Source: an uncultured delta proteobacterium
GTDB lineage: Bacteria > Desulfobacterota > Binatia > UBA9968
Assembly: GCA_963737905.1 (NCBI GenBank)
Contig: CAVTUQ010000012.1
Span: 128,001-192,000 of the forward strand
Reading direction: 5' to 3'
Length of the DNA: 64,000 nt
This document shows, piece after piece, positions 9,607 to 20,671 of the stretch. The first letter of the stretch is position 1. Each line of letters opens with the position of its first letter. The notes beneath the pieces were generated by a model. That model had not been told where the DNA came from. It did not search any database and worked only from the letters and a program-made list of their open reading frames with translations. Position numbers and translations under genes: made by a program.

Positions 9607-10002
9607 ATGATTTCGCCATTTTATATGTACGCCGGCGTCGTCATTTTACTGATGACCTTAGGGCGAGTCGTTTGGCATCGTGGCAGCAAACCAGTGGATT
9701 GGGGCTTGATTGTTGCGTTCATTCGGCTAGACTTTCCCTCGCATCAACGGGACCTCGCGCAGAAGATAGCCGCGGGACTGGCAGAGATCGTCGGACTGAA
9801 GATTAAACAACTCCGCCCCGAACACACGATCAAACAAATTGCTGATTGGACGACCGATCCCGTAACGGGAATGGATTTGATCAAGATATTTCATGCGGCG
9901 TTCAACATCACGTGTAGTGAGGAAACAACATTTCGAACGCTCGTGGAAATGATTGCCTTAAAACAAATGGAGGCCGGCAAGGATGACGCGCTCAAAACCT
10001 AA
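9607..10002 (+). CDS. hypothetical protein with N-terminal TM helix
   Basis: 131-aa ORF directly upstream of the next gene on the same strand. Confidence 0.6.
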   Translation: MISPFYMYAGVVILLMTLGRVVWHRGSKPVDWGLIVAFIRLDFPSHQRDLAQKIAAGLAEIVGLKIKQLRPEHTIKQIADWTTDPVTGMDLIKIFHAAFNITCSEETTFRTLVEMIALKQMEAGKDDALKT

Positions 10003-10005
10003 CGG

Positions 10006-11016
10006 ATGGAGGTTGTGCTAGCGATGATGCTACGCGTTCTGACCGGTTTGATCGTTGTTTGTTTCGGTCTTGGTTCGACGGCCATGGCTCAATCGCCGCT
10101 GGAAAAACTGCGCGTGACCTATAGCGCCATCGGCGGTTCGCAAGCGTCGGTTTGGGTTCCCTATGAAGCAGGAATCTTCCGCAAACACGGCCTGGACGTC
10201 GAGCTTCTCTATGTCGGAGGCGGCGGTCGCGCCGCACAGGTGGTGCAATCGGGCGAGGTGCCGATCGGTATTTTCACCGGCGGCGCCGTGATCAACTCAA
10301 ATCTTGCGGGCGGCGACCTGGTGATGATCGCCAGTTCGATGAATGTTATGACGTTCGCGGTCATCGCCCGGCCTGAAATCCGCAGCGTCGAGGAACTGAA
10401 AGGGAAAAAGATCGGTATTTCACGTTTCGGCTCAGCTACCGACTTTGGCCTGCGCTATGCTGAACGACAATGGCCGATCAAGCGGCAGCGCGATTTTGCC
10501 GTGATCCAGATAGGAGGCATGCCCGAGCAATTGACCGCCCTTAGAACCAAAGCGTTGGATGCTGCCGTGCTCAATGCAGAGCTTACGATTGTCGCGCGCA
10601 AGGAAGGGTTTAGAGAACTGACCAACTTGGCCAAGGTCGGTCTCAATTTTCCCACGTCCTCCATTGTCACGACGCGTTCCTTCATCAAGCGCAACGAAAA
10701 CACGGTGCGGAAATTTGTCCGCGGTTATGTCGAAGGAGTGCACTACGGCAAGACGCAGCGGGCCTTCGGCGTTCAGGTGCTGAAAAAATATTTGAGGAAC
10801 GACGACACTGCCTTCGTTAACGATCTCTATGATCTTTATATCCTGCAGAACATCCCGCAAATTCCGCGACCTTCACCCGAAGCCTTGAAAACCGTCTTGG
10901 ACCAGATGGCTGAATCCGATTCCCGAGTGGCGAGCCTGCGTCCGGAGCAGTTTATCGACGCCCGCTTTTTCCAAGATTTGGAAAAAGAGGGTTTCCTACA
11001 ACGTCTTTGGAAGTAA
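10006..11016 (+). CDS. ABC transporter substrate-binding protein, NMT1/SsuA family
   Basis: Signal peptide, GIFRKHGLDVEL, ELKGKKIGISRFGS. Confidence 0.9.
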   Translation: MEVVLAMMLRVLTGLIVVCFGLGSTAMAQSPLEKLRVTYSAIGGSQASVWVPYEAGIFRKHGLDVELLYVGGGGRAAQVVQSGEVPIGIFTGGAVINSNLAGGDLVMIASSMNVMTFAVIARPEIRSVEELKGKKIGISRFGSATDFGLRYAERQWPIKRQRDFAVIQIGGMPEQLTALRTKALDAAVLNAELTIVARKEGFRELTNLAKVGLNFPTSSIVTTRSFIKRNENTVRKFVRGYVEGVHYGKTQRAFGVQVLKKYLRNDDTAFVNDLYDLYILQNIPQIPRPSPEALKTVLDQMAESDSRVASLRPEQFIDARFFQDLEKEGFLQRLWK

Positions 11017-11179
11017 AGATTACCGAGACATCCTGGTTTTCGACTGGGGTAGACATCTCGCGATTCCGCGAGCACTTCATGAGTCTGCTTGCGGCGGTTT
11101 CCCATCGAGGTTCCCTTTGTGGCTTTGCCGGGGGCGGTCCGGTTGCTATCTCGGCTCGCGGATAGCGGAGTGTATTAGG

Positions 11180-11773
11180 ATGAGTCGTTTAAGGGGAAAT
11201 ATCTGTGTCTTCACCGGATCGCGCGCCGGCAGGCGATCCGATTATGTGGATGCGGCACGGGGAATCGGCCGCGAGCTTGTCGAGCGCGGTTATGGCTTGG
11301 TGTACGGCGGCGGCAATGTCGGTCTTATGACCGTCGTCGCCGATACCGTGCTGGAATATCATGGTTACGTTACCGGCGTGATTCCGGAAGCTTTGGTTGA
11401 GAAAGAAGTCGTCCACCGGGGGCTCTCGGAGTTGCAGATTGTGCCGTCGATGCACGAGCGGAAAGCTACAATGGCCGAGCTGTCGGACGGCTTTGTCGCT
11501 TTGCCGGGCGGTCTTGGAACAATGGAAGAGTTTTTCGAAGTCTTAAGCTGGGCTCAACTCGGGATTCACAATAAGCCCTGTGGATTGTTAAATGTGTGCG
11601 GCTACTATGAGCGGATCGTTCAGTTTCTCGACTACGCGGTCGAGCAGGATTTCCTCAAACCAAAACATCGCGGGCTGCTGATTGTGGAAGCAGAGCCGCG
11701 CCCATTGCTTGACCGTTTCGAACAGTTCATCGCGACACATGCGACCCAGCGATTCGACCCGACCAAGACTTGA
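11180..11773 (+). CDS. LOG family nucleotide phosphoribohydrolase (TIGR00730)
   Basis: YGGGNVGLM, MHERK and PGGLGTMEE motifs. Confidence 0.95.
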   Translation: MSRLRGNICVFTGSRAGRRSDYVDAARGIGRELVERGYGLVYGGGNVGLMTVVADTVLEYHGYVTGVIPEALVEKEVVHRGLSELQIVPSMHERKATMAELSDGFVALPGGLGTMEEFFEVLSWAQLGIHNKPCGLLNVCGYYERIVQFLDYAVEQDFLKPKHRGLLIVEAEPRPLLDRFEQFIATHATQRFDPTKT

Positions 11774-11827
11774 GGGTGGGACCGCGCCGAGCCACACGTT
11801 CAACTCTTTCGGCGGGCTTTGCGATCC

Positions 11828-12886
11828 TTATTGAATGAAGAGTTTTTTAATCTGCTCGATTACTTCGGGTGGCTGGGTCATGACTTCCTTCGCCATCGAC
11901 TGCAGTTGCTCGCCCCGCACAGGAGTAACGTCCATGCGAAGCTTCTTTGCCTCAGCCAGAAGTTCAGGGTCCTTGACGGCCTTGTCGAAGGCGGCCCGGA
12001 GGATGGCAACACGGTCCGCGGGCGTTCCCGGACCCACCATGTAGGGGCGTGCCCATTCGCCTCCCTGGAGCAGAGCCTCGGCGACGCGACGCTTGGTGGC
12101 GGATGTTTTGTATTCATCCATTAATTCATAAATCGTCGGTGCCTCTTCGACCCGCGGCTGTCGTTTGTGACCGCTCTGCGCGAGGAAGCGGACGAATTTG
12201 GTTTTGAGCCAGCTCAAAAACGGCTCACGCCCAAAGTACGTAGAAATCGTGAGCCCCATGCATGCGACCTCGCCTCGCTCAAGCGCGATGGCGATTTCGC
12301 TGCTGCCGGGATAGCCGGTGACGGCGGTGACCTTGGCTCCGATGGTCTCTTCCAGGATCTTCGACATGACGTAGTCCGAACTTCCGACTCCAGTGGAGCC
12401 GCACTTGGGAGGCTCTTTCGCTCGGACGATATCGCCCATGGATTTGAAGGACGCATCGGCTCGCCCGAAAAGAATCATGTCGTCGTTTTCTAGAGAACCG
12501 ATCCATTGGAATTTCGGAAGGTCAAACTGCACTTCTTTTTGTCCCGAAAGCTGGCCCAGATATACGTTGTTGTGCGGCGCGAGAATCGTCAACCCGTCCG
12601 GCTTGGCGACGCCCCACACATAGTTCGCAGCCGTGACCGAGCTCGCGCCCGGCATATTCTGGACCACAACGTCCGGGCTCCCCGGTATATATTTGGCGAT
12701 ATGCCTGGCCACCATTCGTGCCGCCCGGTCATATCCTCCGCCGCTGCTGAGCCCCACGATGATACGGATCTGTTTTCCCTTGTAGAAGGGTTCACCTTGG
12801 GCTCTGACTGGAGATGCAAAAAACGGCAAAACTAATATAAGCGACAAAGAGAAAAACAGAGTCGTCAAGAATCTGGGATTTTTCAT
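11828..12886 (-). CDS. TctC/Bug tripartite tricarboxylate transporter substrate-binding protein
   Basis: GGGYD..AR, QNMPGA, KPDGLT and GYPG motifs. Confidence 0.9.
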   Translation of the reverse strand: MKNPRFLTTLFFSLSLILVLPFFASPVRAQGEPFYKGKQIRIIVGLSSGGGYDRAARMVARHIAKYIPGSPDVVVQNMPGASSVTAANYVWGVAKPDGLTILAPHNNVYLGQLSGQKEVQFDLPKFQWIGSLENDDMILFGRADASFKSMGDIVRAKEPPKCGSTGVGSSDYVMSKILEETIGAKVTAVTGYPGSSEIAIALERGEVACMGLTISTYFGREPFLSWLKTKFVRFLAQSGHKRQPRVEEAPTIYELMDEYKTSATKRRVAEALLQGGEWARPYMVGPGTPADRVAILRAAFDKAVKDPELLAEAKKLRMDVTPVRGEQLQSMAKEVMTQPPEVIEQIKKLFIQ

Positions 12887-13096
12887 AACAACCTTTCGCG
12901 GTAATCAAAACCGAGCATCGCGGCAAAATTTCCAGTGATCTGCCGAGCGTGACTAAAAAAAACAGAATTTATGGCCCAGTCTAACGGGTGCTTCGCTGGG
13001 TCACCGTAATATAGCGCCGAAGGTTGACTTGTCAAGATTGTTGGATCAACTTTGGAAAAGCAGACGCCTCTTTCTTTGTCGCTAGGAGCCAAAGCA

Positions 13097-13288
13097 ATGA
13101 AAAGAACGGTGATCGGAGCCGTTTGGGGTATGGTATTGTACCTGATCGGCTATAGTCTCGTTGGCGCGATTCTAGGAAGCCCGGCGGCCGAACCCTGGAG
13201 ACCAATGATCGCGTTGCTCGCAGCCGCCTTGGCGGCAACCGGTAGTTGGAAAGGATGGTTACCGGGGACACAGAACTCGAAGGATTAA
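13097..13288 (+). CDS. small hypothetical membrane protein
   Basis: SD AGGAG and two hydrophobic helices. Confidence 0.55.
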   Translation: MKRTVIGAVWGMVLYLIGYSLVGAILGSPAAEPWRPMIALLAAALAATGSWKGWLPGTQNSKD

Positions 13289-13399
13289 ATGGGAGTGGAT
13301 GATGCCATTCACGATTTATTGTCTTCGACTTCTGGAGGAGCTTTATCAAAAAGGATCGTTGTCTGTTTCGATGGGACGCGGAACAAGCCAGCCGGCGCT

Positions 13400-15547
13400 T
13401 TAGCGAACTAACCCGAAGTCGATCTCGCTTCGGAAAGCGTTGATGCGGACGACTTTCACTCGCACGGCGTCGCCGAGGCGGAATTTTCGGCCGTGGCGGC
13501 TGCCTTTGATGACGTATTCCTTCTCGTAGTAGTGATAATCGTCGTCCGTTAGTGTAGAAACGCGCACGAGTCCCTCGACAAAATAGGCGTCTAGTTCCAC
13601 AAAAAACCCGAAGTTGGCCAGGCTGGTAATGACGCCAGCGAACTCCTCGCCCAACTTGTCCATCATGAACTGGGCTTTCTTAAGATCCACCATTTCACGC
13701 TCGGCGTCCATGGCGTTTCTTTCACGTTGGGATGTGTGCTTGCCGGCTTCTTGCAAATATTTCTCAAGCTCGTCGCGCTCGCTGGGTTTCAACTTGTCGC
13801 CCTGAAGGGCTCGATCCAGCATGCGGTGCACCATCAAATCGGGGTAGCGCCGGATGGGCGAAGTAAAGTGCGTGTAACAGATCGAAGCTAAGCCGAAGTG
13901 GCCGATATTTTCCGGTTGATAGTGGGCCTGTTTCATCGCGCGAAGCAAAACATGATTGATCACTTTTTCCTCAGGCTTCCCGCGGCAAGCCTCAAGAAGC
14001 CTTTGAATCTCCGGCGGCGTGATGGGTTCTCGTTTCATAGGCAAGCGATAGCCCAGACTGAGAAGGAACGGTGCGATGGCTTCCAGAGCCTCGGCATCCG
14101 GACCCTCATGGACGCGATAGAGCAACGGAAGGTCTTGCGCTTTGAGATGCCGGGCTACGGCCTCATTGGCGGCGATCATGAATTCTTCGATGATCCGGTG
14201 GGCAATGTTACGCTCGGCGCGCACGATATTCTCGGGCATCCCTTGAATGTCGAGGATGATTTCGGCCTCGGGGAGGTCAAAATCCAAGTTTCCTCGGGCT
14301 CTACGATTTTCGTAAATCAGCAGTGCCAGCTCTTCCATCAGTTTGAACTGATCCCCAAGATTTCGATAACGCTCTAAACACGCGGAGTCTTTGTCCACTA
14401 AAATCCGCCTGACGGCGGTATAGGTCATGCGTTCCTGGCTGCGAATCACTGAGTTGAAGAAGCGGCTGTGGACGACTTCGCCTTTGCTGTTGATTTCCAT
14501 GGCCACGGTCTTGGTCAGCCGATCCTCATTGGGGTTCAAGCTGCAGATGCCATTGGAGAGAACCTCAGGAAGCATCGGGATGGCTCTATCCGGAAAATAG
14601 ACGCTCGTAGCTCGGCTGAAGGCCTCTTGATCGATGGCGGTTCCCGGTCGAACGTAGAAGGCAACGTCGGCGATACAGACGAAAAGCTCGTAGCGGCCGT
14701 TTGTTTTTCGCACGCAAACGGCGTCGTCAAAGTCCCTAGCTAGCTCGCCGTCAATGGTGACGATCGGTAAATTTCTGAGATCGGTTCGCGCGGCAATCTC
14801 GCCAGGGCTAATGGAGAACGAGGCGCTCGCAATTTGCCGGCGGACCGGTTCAGGAAAGCTCGTCGCGAGACCGTATCGGAAGACGATCGATTGAGCCTGA
14901 ACCTCCGGATCATCGGGATTCCCCATCACCTGCACGAGTTCTCCCTCGGGTCCCGACATGGCCGTCCCGTAGCGGGAAATTTCCGCAGCGACGACTTTTC
15001 CCTTTTCCGGCTTAGCCTTGGTTTGGCGCAGCGGAATGGCGGTGGCGATTCGCGGATCCATCGGAATCAGATAGCCCCTGCCATCAAATTCATCGTAGGT
15101 GCCGATGAGCCGTTTCTGCGCGTGCTCGAGAATTTGCACGACGTGAGCTTCTACGCCGCCCTGTTTCTTTCGATCGGCGCGTACCATGACCCGGTCTCCG
15201 TGCATCACACGGCGCATTTCGCGGCGATTGAGGTAAAGATCCTCCACACTCTTATCGTCGGGAATGAGAAAACCGAAGCCGTCCGGGTGGGCGTGGACTC
15301 GTCCAATGACCAGGTTCTGTGCGTCCGGCAGCGCGTAGTGATTTTTCTTCAAGCGAACGATTCGGCCTTCGCGTGCGAGTTCCCTCAAGGCGTCGACAAT
15401 CTGCTGAAGTTCGGCGCGCCCAAATCCCCCGCGCTTCTGTATTTCGACGGGCGTCAACCGGGTTTTCGGTCTTTTGGCGAAGAGCTCCAGAATTCTCTTC
15501 TGCGTCCGTTCTGGAGCCAAAGCCGTGGGTGGAGAGTTAACCGTCAT
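13400..15547 (-). CDS. rnr: ribonuclease R
   Basis: HPDGFGF, TIDGELARDFDDA, HFTSPIRRYPDL and C-terminal S1 domain. Confidence 0.97.
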   Translation of the reverse strand: MTVNSPPTALAPERTQKRILELFAKRPKTRLTPVEIQKRGGFGRAELQQIVDALRELAREGRIVRLKKNHYALPDAQNLVIGRVHAHPDGFGFLIPDDKSVEDLYLNRREMRRVMHGDRVMVRADRKKQGGVEAHVVQILEHAQKRLIGTYDEFDGRGYLIPMDPRIATAIPLRQTKAKPEKGKVVAAEISRYGTAMSGPEGELVQVMGNPDDPEVQAQSIVFRYGLATSFPEPVRRQIASASFSISPGEIAARTDLRNLPIVTIDGELARDFDDAVCVRKTNGRYELFVCIADVAFYVRPGTAIDQEAFSRATSVYFPDRAIPMLPEVLSNGICSLNPNEDRLTKTVAMEINSKGEVVHSRFFNSVIRSQERMTYTAVRRILVDKDSACLERYRNLGDQFKLMEELALLIYENRRARGNLDFDLPEAEIILDIQGMPENIVRAERNIAHRIIEEFMIAANEAVARHLKAQDLPLLYRVHEGPDAEALEAIAPFLLSLGYRLPMKREPITPPEIQRLLEACRGKPEEKVINHVLLRAMKQAHYQPENIGHFGLASICYTHFTSPIRRYPDLMVHRMLDRALQGDKLKPSERDELEKYLQEAGKHTSQRERNAMDAEREMVDLKKAQFMMDKLGEEFAGVITSLANFGFFVELDAYFVEGLVRVSTLTDDDYHYYEKEYVIKGSRHGRKFRLGDAVRVKVVRINAFRSEIDFGLVR

Positions 15548-15604
15548 GAAAGCGCCAAAAAGCTACTGGCTTGCTGCCGGTGGGTAAGCACGGGGTCACT
15601 GGAG

Positions 15605-15874
15605 CTACGAAGACTCCGCCGACAGCTCTGTCATGAGCCAGTCATCGCCCACGTTCTCCGGGCGTGGGATTTCCACGATCGGCACGTCGCGGCGGATCGA
15701 GTCCAGAATGCTCCGTGCCGTGTCTAAAAAATCACCCATGGCCAGAAGCACGATGATTGCTTTCTTGCGGTCGACCGTTCGGATAATTCCCACTTCTTCG
15801 TAGGACTCGAAAATAAACTTCACATAGGCGATGTGTTCAGGAAACGTTTCGAGATAGATTTCTCGTAATTCCAT
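15605..15874 (-). CDS. DUF4911 family protein
   Basis: IAYVKFIFESYEEVGIIRTVD; start at MELREIYL. Confidence 0.75.
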   Translation of the reverse strand: MELREIYLETFPEHIAYVKFIFESYEEVGIIRTVDRKKAIIVLLAMGDFLDTARSILDSIRRDVPIVEIPRPENVGDDWLMTELSAESS

Positions 15875-15887
15875 AGCAACACAAGAA

Positions 15888-18557
15888 TCATTGCTTGAGC
15901 AATTGTTCGAGCGACTCCGGAAGCCAATTTTTTCTTTCGTTCTTGTCGATGCCCTTGCCACCGGACTCGGGAGGTTCGCCGGCCTTTTGCGGAAAACTCC
16001 GGCGCAACACTTGGGCCACTGCACGGTTTTCCGGTCTCACCTGGACATTGGGGAATTTGCCGTCTGCGCGGAAAGAGATGGACAGTCTTCCGCGGCGATC
16101 GAGCAGATAGCGGAACAATTTATACTCGCGCTGGAGTTCTTGCGTGATGCGGGGCGAAAAAACCAGCAGCCCATTCCATTGCGTCGTCCTGTCAAACCCG
16201 ATCCAGCCTGCTCCGGTGATCGTGTAGTCGGGAGTCACGAGTAACAGATCATCGGTGCGAATCCGTTCTCCCTCAACCTTGAAGTTGGCCTTGAGGGTGT
16301 CAAAGGGCGTATACCCGCGATCCACTAAGGCCGCGAGGCTGGGCGGGAGGCGCGATGGCCCCTTGGACGGGGAGTCGCCGCCTCCTCCGGGGATAATCTT
16401 CGCAATCAAATTGAAATCTTTAATTGTGCCGTCATGAATGACGCTCTCGCCCGATCCTTGAAGGGTTTCCGTGACCGGCGCCCCGTTTCGCGTTACGGCG
16501 TCGAACTCAGCGCGAAAGTTCAGTTGTCCTTCGAGTCGATTTTTTAGCTGGGGAAATTTTTGTTTTAGAACGGATCCCACATCGATCGATTCAATTCGAG
16601 GCTTAAACATGAAGCGTTGTGGCGGCTCGGTGGCAGCGGGCCAATATCCGTCGGAGCGAACCACCCCGTCGAAAGCCTGGAACGAGAGATTTTTGAAACT
16701 CATAGCCTTGGGCGACCACGTTACATCTCCATGCAGTTCCCGGTAAGGAATATCTTCCAGACTCCCTTCGGAAGAGGCAAGGGTTCCCTTGAGCGAAGGG
16801 GCGTCGTCCTGCCATTGAATTTCACCGATCGCGGTCACGTTCCTGATCCGGTTGGGTTTGCTAGCAGAAAAGGTGGGCAGATCCACCAGATTGATTTCCG
16901 GCGATCGTAATTGGTAACGTGCGCTTGGTTGGTTTATGTCTTTGATTTTGGCCACGACCGTAATAAGGGATGAACCCATACGAAAAGAACCATTTTCCAG
17001 GAGAGCTTCTTTTCCTAAAAACGAAATATCTGCTTTCAGACGGTCGATCTTTCTTCCGGTTTCCTTTTGCCTGAACTCGGCGTCGGCAAGACGCAGTTTC
17101 CCATGAACATTCCAGTCTTCCGGCGACGCAAAGTTCTTTCGCAATACAATGTCCCAATGAATGGTTCCACCCACATCTTGAAACGTCAGCGGAGAAACCA
17201 GCCGCCACCACGTTGGCAAATCGCTTGAATCACTGCGCAGCCTAAGTTGCAGGCGAGGTTCCGGTCCCTCTTCGACAACGCCTGAAAGTGTCATTTTGGA
17301 ATCGCCAAGACTTAACTCGGAGTCGTGAAGAACGAGTCCATTTTTTTGCCGCGAGATCTGAGCTCTGAGTTCAGCCGGACTACCCGGAGGCTTGCGGAGC
17401 CAATCCCGATAGCGAAATTCGCTCTTCTCCCCCTTGATCAAAACGCCCGCGCGCAAGTTACCCCAGGTTCCTTCGAACTGGCTATAGGCATTCACGGAAC
17501 CTTCTGTCGCTAGGGCAACGGGCAAAATTTGTGTGAGAAAGGGTAAGTTACGAAGTTGCATCAGATTGATCGAGCTCAAGGTCAGCCTTCCTTTGAGTTG
17601 CGCTTCTGCCCAGGGATGGCCTTCCGGAACTTCCATGGAACCTTCCAAAATGGCGTTGTAGTTTGAAGAGCCGAACAAAGGGATCTTCAGGGCAACGTCT
17701 GTGATTCGAGGGTGGCTGAAAGTGCCTCCAAGTCTTGCCTGGAGCGACAGAGGACCGGTTACCTCCAACTCGCGGGGAATTCTGTCTCTAAGAAAAGGTA
17801 AGGCGCGGGCGAGCAGCATAGCGGACAGGGAGTCGAAGCGCATTTCAAGCTCCACGGGTTGCTGCGACCAGTCATGGGGTTGCCGAAGCGGGCCCAACTC
17901 TCCATCGATCCTGACATCGTGACCTAGCCCCTCGGTCACCGCCGCAGCGAATTTAATGCTGGTCCTTTGTGAAGGATTGAGTCCTTTGATTTCCATCTCT
18001 ACGTTTTTGACGCGAATCTCCGCGGGCTCCTTGACCGAGCGGTCGATGAAATCAACCCGACCGTTCTTTACATTTATTTTCGCCACTAAAAAATATACTG
18101 TTACTAGCTTTCTTTCCGCTGAAGGCGTTTGTGATCTGGGCAAGGCTCTGGTTTCCTTCTTTTGGCCTGCCAACTCGGCCAGGTTCAACAGACCTCGCTC
18201 GTCCGTGATGATTTGGAATTCTGGCGCTTGGAAGGTCAATGAGTTGATGACAATTTTGCCGACCAATAGCGGCAGAAAGCTCACCCCCAGCCTTAATTCT
18301 TGTGCCCGGACGACTGGAGTCGCGGCAAAACGAGGATCGTCAGCAATGCGAAATTCCTTTGCAGAGAAGCCGAGCCCACCCCACAAGCTGGCCTCGAGGC
18401 GATCGAAGGTGGCGTCCTTGCCTAGAAATCTCTGCAGTTCTTGATGCACCTGTTCACGGTTCTTGGCCGCCAGTGTGTTGAAGGTCTTAATGAAAGCAAC
18501 TATCGCCACTCCAGACGCAATCAGAAAAAACAACAGAAATTTGTGCGATTTTCTCAT
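15888..18557 (-). CDS. AsmA family protein
   Basis: N-terminal anchor, long beta-rich body and AsmA-like C-terminus (GTIKDFNL...TPFDTL...ITGAGWIGFD). Confidence 0.85.
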   Translation of the reverse strand: MRKSHKFLLFFLIASGVAIVAFIKTFNTLAAKNREQVHQELQRFLGKDATFDRLEASLWGGLGFSAKEFRIADDPRFAATPVVRAQELRLGVSFLPLLVGKIVINSLTFQAPEFQIITDERGLLNLAELAGQKKETRALPRSQTPSAERKLVTVYFLVAKINVKNGRVDFIDRSVKEPAEIRVKNVEMEIKGLNPSQRTSIKFAAAVTEGLGHDVRIDGELGPLRQPHDWSQQPVELEMRFDSLSAMLLARALPFLRDRIPRELEVTGPLSLQARLGGTFSHPRITDVALKIPLFGSSNYNAILEGSMEVPEGHPWAEAQLKGRLTLSSINLMQLRNLPFLTQILPVALATEGSVNAYSQFEGTWGNLRAGVLIKGEKSEFRYRDWLRKPPGSPAELRAQISRQKNGLVLHDSELSLGDSKMTLSGVVEEGPEPRLQLRLRSDSSDLPTWWRLVSPLTFQDVGGTIHWDIVLRKNFASPEDWNVHGKLRLADAEFRQKETGRKIDRLKADISFLGKEALLENGSFRMGSSLITVVAKIKDINQPSARYQLRSPEINLVDLPTFSASKPNRIRNVTAIGEIQWQDDAPSLKGTLASSEGSLEDIPYRELHGDVTWSPKAMSFKNLSFQAFDGVVRSDGYWPAATEPPQRFMFKPRIESIDVGSVLKQKFPQLKNRLEGQLNFRAEFDAVTRNGAPVTETLQGSGESVIHDGTIKDFNLIAKIIPGGGGDSPSKGPSRLPPSLAALVDRGYTPFDTLKANFKVEGERIRTDDLLLVTPDYTITGAGWIGFDRTTQWNGLLVFSPRITQELQREYKLFRYLLDRRGRLSISFRADGKFPNVQVRPENRAVAQVLRRSFPQKAGEPPESGGKGIDKNERKNWLPESLEQLLKQ

Positions 18558-18725
18558 GTGGCTGGTTCGTGCGAGCCCGACATCCTGTTTTTCGGAACTA
18601 CCCGATTGAAGAAGTATTTCGACGGTGAAGTGGGATCAACAGCATCGATCAGGGTTGCTCATATCCCTGATTCTCAGAACAGCGGAACACGGGGACCCGG
18701 TGGTCTTTGCTTCGGAAATTGTTGC

Positions 18726-19928
18726 TTAATGGATGCTTTCGACAACGGTGGCGATGCCTTGCCCCACGCCGATGCACATGGTCGCGAGGCCATAACGGCT
18801 GCCGCGCTTTTTCATTTCGTGAATGAGTGTTGTCATGATCCTTGCGCCGCTGCAGCCGAGGGGATGGCCGAGAGCAATCGCCCCGCCGTTAACGTTCAAT
18901 TTCTTAGGATCGATCCCAAGCTCCCGCGTGCAAGCAATCACCTGGGAAGCAAAAGCCTCGTTCAATTCGACCAGATCGATCTGTTCCATGGTCAAACCGG
19001 CTCTTTTCAGCGCTTTCTGCGTGGCGGGAATCGGTCCAATACCCATGTAATTTGGATGAACCCCGGCGGCAGCCGATGCCACGATTCGAACCACGGGCCT
19101 CAGTTTGAGTTGCTCGGCCTTTTGCGGCGTGGTCAGCAAAAGGGCCGCCGCGCCATCGGAAAGAGGAGAGGAGTTTCCAGCCGTGACCGTCCCCCCTTTT
19201 TTGAAAGCGGGTTGCAGCGCTGCGAGCTTTTCCAAAGATGTGTCGGCCCTGGGTCCTTCGTCTTTGCCGTAGACCAGGGGCGAGCCCTTTCTTTGGGCCA
19301 TTTCGAAGGGAACCAGCTCATCCTTGAGGCGCCCTTCTTCGTGGGCCTTGAGGGCTTTTAGGTGACTTCCCAAGGCGAACTCATCCTGTTCTCGCCGGTC
19401 GATCTGATATTTTTCTGCGACGTTCTCTGCGGTCTCGCCGTTATTGATCAGGGAGTAGAGTTCTGCCATACGGCGGTTGGGAAAGCGCCAACCCAGCGAG
19501 CTGTCGTACAACGTTACGTCGCCACGCTGGAAGGCGTTCGACGGCTTGGCCATCACCCAGGGTCCGCGGGTCATGCTCTCGACACCGCCGGCGACAAAAA
19601 GGTCGCCGTGGTCGGTTTGGATGGCTCGTCCAGCCTGATTGATCGCCTCCAATCCGGACCCGCACAAACGATTTACGGTGGCGCCTGGGATCGTATAGGG
19701 CAGCCCTGCGAGAAGCGACGCGTTGCGCGCGACGTTGCGGGAATCCTCGCCCGCTTGGTTTGTACAGCCGAAGTAGACGTCTTCGATTTCATCTTTGTTG
19801 ATTCCGGTCTTGTCGATCAATTTAGCGATGATATAGGCGCCCAGGTCGTCGGTTCGAACGTCTTTCAAAATTCCACCGTGGCGGCCCATGGGCGTGCGCA
19901 CGGCTTCAACGATGACGGCTTCTTTCAT
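18726..19928 (-). CDS. acetyl-CoA C-acyltransferase (PaaJ/PcaF-like thiolase)
   Basis: NRLCGSG, NEAFA, GHPLGCSG and MCIGVGQG motifs. Confidence 0.95.
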   Translation of the reverse strand: MKEAVIVEAVRTPMGRHGGILKDVRTDDLGAYIIAKLIDKTGINKDEIEDVYFGCTNQAGEDSRNVARNASLLAGLPYTIPGATVNRLCGSGLEAINQAGRAIQTDHGDLFVAGGVESMTRGPWVMAKPSNAFQRGDVTLYDSSLGWRFPNRRMAELYSLINNGETAENVAEKYQIDRREQDEFALGSHLKALKAHEEGRLKDELVPFEMAQRKGSPLVYGKDEGPRADTSLEKLAALQPAFKKGGTVTAGNSSPLSDGAAALLLTTPQKAEQLKLRPVVRIVASAAAGVHPNYMGIGPIPATQKALKRAGLTMEQIDLVELNEAFASQVIACTRELGIDPKKLNVNGGAIALGHPLGCSGARIMTTLIHEMKKRGSRYGLATMCIGVGQGIATVVESIH

Positions 19929-20671
19929 GGCTTCACCTGACCTTCGTTATAGGAATAAAAACCTTTGCCGCGAGTCTCGCCGAGAAATCCCGCGATGACC
20001 AATTTCTTCAGCAGGGGCGCCGGCCGGTAACGATCTTCTCCCGTTTCACGCTGCAGACCTTCGAGGACCGCCAGGACTTCATCCAAACCTATCTGATCCG
20101 CCCAGCGAAGTGGACCGTTGGGATAATTCACACCGAGCCGCATAGCGACGTCGATCTCCTCCGCGGTGGCGACTCCTTCTTCTAGACTCCTCGCCGCTTC
20201 ATTGATGATCAAACTTAGAATGCGCGGGAAAGTCAACCCCGGTGTATCTTTGACACGAACGGTCTCCTTGCCGATGGATTTGAAGATTCGCTCGGCGCTT
20301 TGAATCGCGCTCTCCGCGGTTCGCATGCCCGCCGCCAACTCAATGACTTTTCGGTCCTTGAACGGGGAGAAAGTCGCAAAACCCACGATGCGTTCAGGTT
20401 TCGTCGTCCACGAAGCCATCAGGGTAGTTGCAAAACCAAGGCAAGAAGTGATGATCACGGCCGGGGCAGGCATCGCCAAATCGAGCCGTTGAAGAATCGA
20501 TTTTTTCTTCTCAATAGGACTCGAACTTGTCTCAATGACCACGGGTGTCGTCGGAGTAAGCTCAGCCAGATCCGAAAGCAGGACCGCGTCCTGCCCCGCT
20601 CCGCGACTGAGTTCGAGCAGCTCTTGACACAAACGGCTTTCGCCGATAATGGCGAGACTATTTTTTGTCAT
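19925..20671 (-). CDS. 3-hydroxyacyl-CoA dehydrogenase C-terminal-half-like protein
   Basis: IINEAA...[23 protein letters not shown]. Degenerate NAD-binding part (no GxGxxG). Confidence 0.85.
   Translation of the reverse strand: MTKNSLAIIGESRLCQELLELSRGAGQDAVLLSDLAELTPTTPVVIETSSSPIEKKKSILQRLDLAMPAPAVIITSCLGFATTLMASWTTKPERIVGFATFSPFKDRKVIELAAGMRTAESAIQSAERIFKSIGKETVRVKDTPGLTFPRILSLIINEAARSLEEGVATAEEIDVAMRLGVNYPNGPLRWADQIGLDEVLAVLEGLQRETGEDRYRPAPLLKKLVIAGFLGETRGKGFYSYNEGQVKP

Noticed and set aside
14834-19940. Long + strand ORFs (14834-15727, 18441-19361, 19362-19940) and similar ones elsewhere
   Set aside because: They are antisense shadows of rnr, the thiolase and other well-supported genes, with no recognisable motifs.
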